From contig JADIND010000114.1 in assembly GCA_017694215.1 (NCBI GenBank), positions 1 through 42,412 of the forward strand: 42,412 nt of DNA, read 5' to 3'. Source of the DNA: Candidatus Scatousia excrementipullorum. GTDB taxonomy: Bacteria; Cyanobacteriota; Vampirovibrionia; Gastranaerophilales; Gastranaerophilaceae. Below, one piece after another: positions 35,492 to 42,412 of this stretch. The position numbers were made by a program, and so were the translations under genes. The notes beneath the pieces are model-generated. The model did not search any database. It saw only the letters and a list, made by a program, of their open reading frames with translations, and had not been told where the DNA came from. Position 1 is the first letter of the stretch. Each line of letters starts with the position of its first letter.

Positions 35492-36109
35492 ATGCAAACA
35501 CTGAAAAAAACTTTCTCCAAAAATCACAACGAAATAGTCTTACTTGGTAATGATAATTTTAAAAACATTCTGGTTATCGGAGTATTCCACGGTGACGAAC
35601 CGCAGGGAAAATTCTTAATAGAACAATACTTAAAAGAAAACAATGACACCCGTTTACTTTTTATACCATGCCTGAACCCTGACGGAATGGCTCAAAACAC
35701 CCGTACAAATGCTAACGGCGTTGATTTAAACAGGAATTTCCCGACAAAAAACTGGGAGTTAACCGAAAAAAATGAATTTTTCGGCGGCACATGTGCCGGC
35801 TCGGAAATTGAAACCCGATTTATTATGAAAATAATTGAAAAATATAATCCACATCTTATTCTAACCCTGCATGCACCTTTTAAAGTTGTAAATTATGACG
35901 GTGACGCAGAAAAAATCAGCGAAAAGATTTCACAGATAATAAACTACCCCGTAGAACCATCAATAGGCTACCCGACACCGGGCAGTTTCGGAACATACGC
36001 AGGCATAGAAAGAAAAATTCCGACAATAACACTTGAACTTGATGAGGAATGTCCCGTAGAAAATTTAACAGAACCGGTACACAAAATTTTCAAACTTCTC
36101 GAAATGTAA
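35492..36109 (+). CDS. M14-family zinc carboxypeptidase/amidase (MpaA-like)
   Basis: VFHGDEPQG (H-x-x-E zinc ligands), NPDG, DLNRNFP and LTLHAP blocks. Confidence 0.78.
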   Translation: MQTLKKTFSKNHNEIVLLGNDNFKNILVIGVFHGDEPQGKFLIEQYLKENNDTRLLFIPCLNPDGMAQNTRTNANGVDLNRNFPTKNWELTEKNEFFGGTCAGSEIETRFIMKIIEKYNPHLILTLHAPFKVVNYDGDAEKISEKISQIINYPVEPSIGYPTPGSFGTYAGIERKIPTITLELDEECPVENLTEPVHKIFKLLEM

Positions 36110-36262
36110 CAGAATGTAAATATCTCAAAACTATTATGCCTATTGAATAAATATAAGATATATAAAATTTATTTAAAATATTTAGCAATTTTAGTCTGTA
36201 CAAATACTTTTTATATACATAAATTGTTTACTCTACAGACGTGAAAGGAGATAGTTAAACAT

Positions 36263-37153
36263 ATGAGTTTAAACGGGATTAATTTTGGCGACGATTACAA
36301 TGATTTGAAAACTAAACTTGGTATTAAAACAGATGGTCAATCCTTACAGGACGGCAAGAAAATTTCAATATCATTCGGGAATAATGATAATAATCTAAAA
36401 GCTTTGCAGGCTCTAAAAGGGGCTCAATCCTCTGACGATATTTCAGCACTTTTGACAACAAAAAGTGAATCATCAGCAGCAGTTCAAACTACAGCAAGTA
36501 CACAACCGGCAAAAACATATAAAACCGTACCGGAGATGGAAGCAGCCAGATTTGAAGAAGAAATCAAAAATCCACCGAAAGAAGAATACAGTACGGAACC
36601 TCTGACGGAACAACAAATTTCTGAATATATGCAGCTGTTTGGTAAAACCAGAGAACAAGTTCTTGCAGATCATGAAAAATCAATTAAACAGTTTAAAGAA
36701 TGGAATAAAAAGTTATCTGAAACAAAAGCCAGCAACGGTATGAGTTTACCTGAAGCAAAACGTGTTTATATGGAACTTTATCACAAATACATTAAACAAT
36801 GCGGAGTAAGAGTTCCATGGGTTTTACATTCTGATGCAGCAGCCAGAGAAGGTGCTCCTGACGGAGCTTTTGTAGGCGGTTTAGTAGCGGATGTTGATCC
36901 TGCTATGGTAGAATCCAAAATGACATCTGCAGAAAGAGAACAGTTCCAAAAAGCAAAGGCAGCCATCGCAGAACTTGAACAGAATTCGGAATTGATGGAA
37001 ATATATAAATATTCAAGTACAGCTTCTTTAGAAAGCAAATTTAGATCAGCCCATATTGGAGAAGGCATGCAGATTGACAAATGGCAGGATACTGCTGCCA
37101 AATGGGGCGTTAACCCGGAAGATGAAATTATACGCCGGCCATGGGGCATTTAA
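36263..37153 (+). CDS. Hypothetical protein
   Basis: 296-aa ORF with AAGGAG RBS. No recognisable motif. Its C-terminal tail resembles that of 7368..8420. Confidence 0.65.
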   Translation: MSLNGINFGDDYNDLKTKLGIKTDGQSLQDGKKISISFGNNDNNLKALQALKGAQSSDDISALLTTKSESSAAVQTTASTQPAKTYKTVPEMEAARFEEEIKNPPKEEYSTEPLTEQQISEYMQLFGKTREQVLADHEKSIKQFKEWNKKLSETKASNGMSLPEAKRVYMELYHKYIKQCGVRVPWVLHSDAAAREGAPDGAFVGGLVADVDPAMVESKMTSAEREQFQKAKAAIAELEQNSELMEIYKYSSTASLESKFRSAHIGEGMQIDKWQDTAAKWGVNPEDEIIRRPWGI

Positions 37154-37172
37154 ATAATACAAAACAAAAAAG

Positions 37173-37201
37173 GATTATGTCATCTGACATAATCTTTTTT
37201 T
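37173..37201. terminator. Bidirectional intrinsic terminator
   Basis: GATTATGTCA-tc-TGACATAATC, a 10-bp stem flanked by A-rich sequence upstream and T7 downstream. Confidence 0.75.
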
Positions 37202-38000
37202 AATATACAAGCAGAAACGATTTTAATTTTCTGCCTGCTCCGTCGCCTTTTTCGGAAATTACTTCATATTTGTTTTTGTAATTCATTGAGGTTGAACTTC
37301 CGCCGTCAAGTGCCATTGCCCGCTCAAACCCCAAATCTTTGCATAGTTTTTGGACTTCATACATATCCATTGGATTTTCATCCGTAATTATAAGGATATG
37401 CAAATCACCGTCTTTCAAACCGAGAATCGTTCTTGAGGTTTTGTGCAAAACTGAACTTGCTTCTCTCACCACTTCATCACCCTCTTTTACGACAAACAAT
37501 TCTTCTTCCAGCCTTAAATCAGGTAAAATTAAAGGCCCGCCCTGAATAGAATGAACAACATCACAGGTAAAATCAACCTTTGCATTATGCGGAACCATTT
37601 CATAATGATATTTGTTGTTACAGTCAACAATACGGAGTTCGGTTCTGTTCAGAATTTTTGCAAGATTTTTTCTTAAAAACTGATTTGTCAACAGATTTTC
37701 ATTCATAATTGGATCTTCATAAGTCTGACTGTTAATCACGATATACGAAATTGTTTTTTCATTTGACGGGTCAAAATAACCTCCGTTAATCGTGAGCTTT
37801 GCTCCGGATTGCAGATGAATTTCTCTGTTGGTTTGAAGAGTATTAGAGGCATAGACTTTAATTTTTTTCTTAATTTTGTCACCTTTCAAAACGATATGAT
37901 AAATACCGTTTTCATTCTTAATATCAATATCATCCCCGAACGCATTTGCGATATTTACACTCATAACCAGAAATAACAACGTAATTAATAATTTTTTCAT
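37200..38000 (-). CDS. Phosphodiester glycosidase (DUF2233/NAGPA-like) family protein, secreted
   Basis: Signal peptide, then INGGYFD and the C-terminal AMALDGGSSTSM block typical of this family. Confidence 0.7.
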   Translation of the reverse strand: MKKLLITLLFLVMSVNIANAFGDDIDIKNENGIYHIVLKGDKIKKKIKVYASNTLQTNREIHLQSGAKLTINGGYFDPSNEKTISYIVINSQTYEDPIMNENLLTNQFLRKNLAKILNRTELRIVDCNNKYHYEMVPHNAKVDFTCDVVHSIQGGPLILPDLRLEEELFVVKEGDEVVREASSVLHKTSRTILGLKDGDLHILIITDENPMDMYEVQKLCKDLGFERAMALDGGSSTSMNYKNKYEVISEKGDGAGRKLKSFLLVY

Positions 38001-39116
38001 TTATAAATCCTTAGACTTGTAAAAACCGACAATAGCTAAAAAGAATGCCACAGGAGGCACAAGTGCCGTTACCAGAGGCGGCAAAACTCCTTTTTCCGCA
38101 AGCAAATCGAAAAAAGGAAGAGTTATATAATATACAAAAATACAACCTATAGCAATAGTAAAACCGATTAATTTCTGCTCCCTTGGTTTGCTGAAACCGA
38201 GAAGGGTTCCCATTACAGCAAGCAGAACACATACGAACGGATGGAAAAATCTTTGCAGATATTTATTCAGCATAAATCTGTATTCCTCATCAAGTCCTTC
38301 TTTTTTGAGAAGTTTCACATAATTTTTCAGGTCATAGTTTGTGATTTCACGCTCTTTTTTGGTGGAATAAGTCATAAGAATAAAGGCATTTTTTGCATCT
38401 TCTCCCTGCAAAATATCCATTCCGTCAAGTTTTAAAATATCCGTAAAAATTCCGTCAGAGGATATTTGGTAATGTGTTATATTTGACAGAGCCCATCTGT
38501 CACCGAGATATTTACCACTTTCCGCAAAATAAATGTTAGAAAGCTGGTGCACATCCGTATAATATTTTTTTGAAAAATCAAGAACTATAATATTATGCAT
38601 TGTATCCATTCTGAATCTGGAAATAATAACGGCGAGTTTCGGAGTTCCATCAGATTCTTTTTGTGTATAAATATACTGGGTTGACGGATAATGGTCTTTT
38701 ATGGCGTTCAATTTTGCCGCAGATATAGGAATAAGCTTGTCGCAGGTAAAAAAGCAAAGCCATGTAACAATAAGACTCAAAACGAAAACCGGTGCGAGAA
38801 TTCTCCAGAAAGAAAGCCCGACAGCACGAAAAATTGTTAGTTCCGAATCTTTGCTCAATTTATCAAACGTAAAAAGTGTCCCCAGAAGCAAACCAACCGG
38901 AAAAGCTTTACCCAGAATTTTAGGCAATTCATAAAACAACACCAGAATAGCTGTTTTCACAGTATAAGAACCTTCCAGAGTCTTTTTAATCGTATTCAAA
39001 AGCATCTCCGGAGCAATCCAAACTACCGTAAACAATAAAATTGCAACAAATGTTGTTATTAAAACCTGTGTAAAAATATATCGGTCATAAATTGTTATTC
39101 GCGGAAAAATTTTCAT
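38001..39116 (-). CDS. LptF/LptG-family LPS export permease
   Basis: YjgP/YjgQ-like topology (three TM spans, a periplasmic domain, three TM spans). It lies directly downstream of lptB with a 1-nt overlap. Confidence 0.8.
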   Translation of the reverse strand: MKIFPRITIYDRYIFTQVLITTFVAILLFTVVWIAPEMLLNTIKKTLEGSYTVKTAILVLFYELPKILGKAFPVGLLLGTLFTFDKLSKDSELTIFRAVGLSFWRILAPVFVLSLIVTWLCFFTCDKLIPISAAKLNAIKDHYPSTQYIYTQKESDGTPKLAVIISRFRMDTMHNIIVLDFSKKYYTDVHQLSNIYFAESGKYLGDRWALSNITHYQISSDGIFTDILKLDGMDILQGEDAKNAFILMTYSTKKEREITNYDLKNYVKLLKKEGLDEEYRFMLNKYLQRFFHPFVCVLLAVMGTLLGFSKPREQKLIGFTIAIGCIFVYYITLPFFDLLAEKGVLPPLVTALVPPVAFFLAIVGFYKSKDL

Positions 39117-39841
39117 TAGAGAGCAAAATCCTTTCCTAAATAGAATTCTTTAGCAACAGGATCAACCGCAACGTCACGGCTCTTACCCTGAATTTTAATT
39201 TTTCCGTCAAAGATTACATAGGCTCTGTCCGTGATAGAGAGGGTTGCCTTCGGGTTGTGGTCGGTAATCAAAACACCGAGCCCTTTTTCTTCGGAAATTT
39301 TCCTTATATTATCTTTAATTTCACCGATAGCGATAGGGTCAATACCGGCAAAAGGTTCGTCCAGAAGCATAAAATCAGGACTTGCCGCCAGAGCTCTTGC
39401 AATTTCAACCCTTCTTCGCTCTCCGCCGGAAAGTGAAACCGCAGCATATGAACGTAATCTCAAAATTCCGAATTCTGTTAACAATTCCTCAAGTTTCTGT
39501 TTTTTTTCATTGACGGTTAATTTATCGTTCATTTCAAGAACAAGTTTAATATTATCCTCAACCGTTAATTTTCTAAAAATTGAAGCTTCCTGCGGAAGAT
39601 AACCGATACCGAGCCTGGCTCTTTCATTCATAGGCATGGCTGAAATATCTCTGTCATCAAGAAAAATATGACCTTTATTCGGTTTAATAAGCCCGACAAC
39701 CATATAGAAAGTTGTGGTTTTACCGGCTCCGTTCGGACCGAGAAGACAAACGACCTCTCCTTTATTAACATTAAAAGATACGTCATTTACAACACTTCTG
39801 TCACCGTATATTTTTACAAGATTTTTTGCCTCAATTCTCAT
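39116..39841 (-). CDS. lptB: LPS export ABC transporter ATP-binding protein
   Basis: Walker A GPNGAGKTT, ABC signature LSGGERRR, Walker B LLDEPFAGID, and an LptB-like length of 241 aa with the typical C-terminal tail. Confidence 0.9.
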   Translation of the reverse strand: MRIEAKNLVKIYGDRSVVNDVSFNVNKGEVVCLLGPNGAGKTTTFYMVVGLIKPNKGHIFLDDRDISAMPMNERARLGIGYLPQEASIFRKLTVEDNIKLVLEMNDKLTVNEKKQKLEELLTEFGILRLRSYAAVSLSGGERRRVEIARALAASPDFMLLDEPFAGIDPIAIGEIKDNIRKISEEKGLGVLITDHNPKATLSITDRAYVIFDGKIKIQGKSRDVAVDPVAKEFYLGKDFAL

Positions 39842-39947
39842 ACAATCCCCTTTTCAACGTAATAGTATTTTACTTGAAAAAAAAATAAATAACAATATAA
39901 AATTTACGGGACTTATATAGCAAATTCCACTCATAATGACTAAAATT

Positions 39948-40063
39948 GTCACTCTGAAATTGTTTCAGGGTCTTGCCGGTGGTAAGATGTTGAAACACAT
40001 GGCAGGGGCATAAAATCACGTTTGACTTCTGCTCAACGGATTTTGCAGCCGGTTCAAAATGAC
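39948..40063. mobile_element. Second MITE-like or palindromic repeat locus, related to 20181-20205 and 20341-20553
   Basis: GTCACTCTGAAATTGTTTCAGGGTC (39948-39972) closely parallels GTCATCCTGAACTAGTTTCAGGATC (20181-20205). The right end GGTTCAAAATGAC (40051-40063) is an inverted GTCATTTTGAACC. Confidence 0.4.
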
Positions 40064-40163
40064 ATTTTCTTTATCTCTTAATAATCCAAAATTTACAGTT
40101 AAGCTAAAAACTACAAACTGTCTTGTGGCAGTAAATCTGTCTTAAATATTCCTTGCGGTTAAA

Positions 40164-41201
40164 TTAATCATACCTGAGTGCAACTTTTAAGCAGTTGTCT
40201 TTTTTATTCTCAAAAATATCATAACCTTTCAGGATTTCATTAAAAGGAAGAGTATGGGTAATTAAGAAATTTGTTGAAATTTTACCTTCGGATATCAACT
40301 GCAGCAATTTTTCACAGTGTACAGCGTCAACGCCTCCGGTTTTAAATATCAAATTTTTGCCGTACATATCAGGCAGCGGCAGAATTTGCGGATTCTCATA
40401 CATCGCAACGATTGCAACAACGGAATTCGGGCGGGCGATTTGCCATGCTGTTTCAAACGATTTTTCATTGCCTGCGGCTTCGATAACCCCGTCGGCTCCA
40501 TGATTCTTCGTAATACTTTTCACTGCGGCATTAACATCTTCTTTCTGCGGATTAATAAAATAATCTGCAAGATTATTTTTTCTTGCAACTTCGAGCCGTG
40601 AGTCATCAATATCAATCGCAATAATTTTTCCTGCAGAAAAAGTTTTTGCACATGCCATAGAACATAATCCGACAGGCCCCGAGCCGATTACGGCAACAGT
40701 ATCACCGGCTTTGATTTCACAGAGTTCTGCACCGAAATATCCGCTGGAGAGAATATCCCCGACAAAAAGAGCATCTTCATAGCTCACATTGTACGGAAGT
40801 TTCGTAAGCCCTGTATCACCAAAAGGAACTCTAACATATTCCGCCTGACATCCGTCTATTCTGCAGCCAAGTTCCCAGCCGCCTTTTTCACAGTTGTTTA
40901 TAAATCCTTTTTTGCAGAAAAAACATTCTCCGCAGAAAGTAATACAATTTGCGGCAACCCTGTCGCCCTTTTTTAGATTTGTTATTTCAGAACCAGTTTC
41001 AACAACTTCGCCCACAAATTCGTGTCCGAGGGCTGTTTTCGGAATTGCACGCGGTACAAAACCTTTTGTTATATGGATATCACTTGTGCAAATTGATGAC
41101 AGTGTAACTTTTACTATTACATCCCTGTTTTCAATAATTTTCGGCACAGGTCTTTCCGTAATTTCAAGATTTCCTGTTTCGTTCAGGATTAATGCTTTCA
41201 T
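40164..41201 (-). CDS. Zinc-dependent alcohol/polyol dehydrogenase (MDR family)
   Basis: GHEFVGEVVETG zinc motif, the structural-zinc Cys cluster (CGECFFCKKGFINNC), and a GSGPVGL Rossmann motif. Confidence 0.88.
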   Translation of the reverse strand: MKALILNETGNLEITERPVPKIIENRDVIVKVTLSSICTSDIHITKGFVPRAIPKTALGHEFVGEVVETGSEITNLKKGDRVAANCITFCGECFFCKKGFINNCEKGGWELGCRIDGCQAEYVRVPFGDTGLTKLPYNVSYEDALFVGDILSSGYFGAELCEIKAGDTVAVIGSGPVGLCSMACAKTFSAGKIIAIDIDDSRLEVARKNNLADYFINPQKEDVNAAVKSITKNHGADGVIEAAGNEKSFETAWQIARPNSVVAIVAMYENPQILPLPDMYGKNLIFKTGGVDAVHCEKLLQLISEGKISTNFLITHTLPFNEILKGYDIFENKKDNCLKVALRYD

Positions 41202-41327
41202 ATATATCTCCCAGCAATTTTTACTGCTTTAGTATAACATAAATTTCTTAATTCTAAACTTTTGTGCGATTAATTAAAAATAAAAAAGATTGATAATGAT
41301 TATGTTACCAGTAAGAAAGGGAAGATT

Positions 41328-41546
41328 ATGGAAAAAGAAAAAGAAACATTAAAAGATAAGGCCAAAGATGCCGGTGAAAAGCTCAAAGCAAAAGCCGAAG
41401 ATGTAAAAGAAAATCTTAAAGAAGGTGTCAAAGACGTTAAAGAAAAAGCACATGAAACAAAAGAACACCTGAAAGAGAAAGCCGGTGAAATAAAAGAAAA
41501 AATGGCCGAAAAAAGGGGAGAAAAAGAACATAAGAAAACAGCATAA
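41328..41546 (+). CDS. Small Lys/Glu-rich protein with 11-residue periodicity (LEA group 3-like)
   Basis: 72 aa. Five consecutive 11-mers (AKDAGEKLKAK, AEDVKENLKEG, VKDVKEKAHET, KEHLKEKAGEI, KEKMAEKRGEK) all have Glu at position 6. AAGGGAAG RBS. Confidence 0.7.
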   Translation: MEKEKETLKDKAKDAGEKLKAKAEDVKENLKEGVKDVKEKAHETKEHLKEKAGEIKEKMAEKRGEKEHKKTA

Positions 41547-41569
41547 AACTGCCCGCAATTAAAACAAAT

Positions 41570-41613
41570 AAGACGGCAAGATAATAAAATTATTTTAATT
41601 ATCTTGCCGTCTT
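41570..41613 (+). terminator. Intrinsic terminator
   Basis: 16-bp stem AAGACGGCAAGATAAT / ATTATCTTGCCGTCTT with an AT-rich loop, followed by a T-rich tail. Confidence 0.75.
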
Positions 41614-41700
41614 ATTCTATTATATAGCCGAACCGGATATTTCAAAACTTATTTATACATAATAAACTGCAGTTTGAAGAAAAAACAAGAAAGGATTTAT

Positions 41701-42162
41701 ATGAAAAAAAGCTTTTATATTGCCGCAGTGGCAGTTTTAGCCTTTACGGCAGGATATTCTGTAAATAATTGTGCAATATCAGATACAGCCCCAAAAGTTG
41801 CAGTAGTCGATACTTCAGAACTCATAACAAATTCCGCATCAGTTAAAGCCCTTAAAGCAGAGCAGGACAAGAAAGTCAGTGAAATGCAAAAAACTCTGGA
41901 AAAAGCAAGAGCCGACATTGCAAAAGAATCTGATCCAGCAAAAATTGCTGAATTGCAGGAAAAATACAGAAAACAGATTAATGATCAGAAACTTGCACTG
42001 GATAATGACTATAATTCACGCATGACAAAGATTGATACTGATATAAAAGGCGTGATTGCAGAAAAGGCGAAATCTATGAATTATGATTTGGTTTTACCGA
42101 AAAATATTGTATTATTCGGAGGGGATGATATAACAGGTGTGATTGCAAAAGACATAAAATAA
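41701..42162 (+). CDS. OmpH/Skp-family periplasmic chaperone (start moved to the ATG at 41701)
   Basis: Signal peptide MKKSFYIAAVAVLAFTAG, then a long coiled-coil region rich in K/E/Q, as is typical of Skp. GAAAGGA RBS lies before 41701. The track start at 41674 is a TTG. Confidence 0.78.
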   Translation: MKKSFYIAAVAVLAFTAGYSVNNCAISDTAPKVAVVDTSELITNSASVKALKAEQDKKVSEMQKTLEKARADIAKESDPAKIAELQEKYRKQINDQKLALDNDYNSRMTKIDTDIKGVIAEKAKSMNYDLVLPKNIVLFGGDDITGVIAKDIK

Positions 42163-42175
42163 CAAAATAAATTTC

Positions 42176-42207
42176 AAAAGCTCCTTATAACTTTATAAGG
42201 AGCTTTT
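42176..42207. terminator. Bidirectional terminator hairpin
   Basis: AAAAGCTCCTTATAA-ct-TTATAAGGAGCTTTT, a 15-bp perfect stem. Confidence 0.75.
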
Positions 42208-42412
42208 AAGTATTAATTGTTGAGTAAAATTTATACATAAGTCTGGCAGTATTTTCATCCTGCAGTGCATTTATTAATTCCAAACGGATTTCTTCATAAG
42301 GTTTAAAGTGATTAAATAAGTAAAGTTCGTAAACTTCTTTATTAAGTGCTCCGGCAATTTTTGCAATATTTTCCGGAGTTGGATAATTTTTGCCTTTTTC
42401 AATATGGCTGAT
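42206..42412 (-). CDS. XRE-type helix-turn-helix protein, C-terminal part (the gene runs off the window end)
   Basis: Hand translation of the minus strand gives ISHIEKGKNYPTPENIAKIAGALNKEVYELYLF...YSTINT then stop (TAA at 42208-42206). ISHIEKGKxxPTxENIxKIAxAL is the classic HTH_3 pattern. Confidence 0.7.
   Translation of the reverse strand: MSHIEKGKNYPTPENIAKIAGALNKEVYELYLFNHFKPYEEIRLELINALQDENTARLMYKFYSTINT

Overview
AT-rich chromosomal window from a diderm bacterium. lptB, an LptF/G permease, an OmpH/Skp-like chaperone and a Pmp-type autotransporter are all present. The genetic code is standard: TAA, TAG and TGA all end well-supported genes. I cannot name the organism from the sequence alone. 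Most of the window is tightly packed housekeeping. It includes a translationally coupled pyrH-frr-cdsA-rnc-rpe operon (minus strand), mtnA, ruvC, leuS and a murC-murB-ddl-ftsQ block followed by nadE. It also includes a CoA-disulfide reductase-rhodanese fusion, alr, an lpd-like gene, lipA, an M14 amidase, lptB plus its permease, and a Zn-dependent alcohol dehydrogenase. Several things deserve a second look. (1) tRNA-Asp (2901-2975) is followed by a nest of fragments of its own 3' half. Beyond that lies a roughly 4 kb islet of orphan genes without an integrase, including a stand-alone PD-(D/E)XK nuclease-like protein. (2) Four unrelated small proteins with enzyme-like folds (papain/transglutaminase-like, CheD/CNF1-like, Cys-phosphatase-like, GNAT) appear to share a short N-terminal leader motif. 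(3) A GC-rich palindromic repeat found in the 20.1-20.9 kb intergenic repeat cluster also sits in frame inside leuS. (4) There are MITE-like elements with terminal inverted repeats at two loci. (5) A GH57 glucan-branching gene is interrupted by one in-frame TAG at a conserved Trp codon. I saw no CRISPR array, rRNA, integrase, transposase or recognisable prophage genes.
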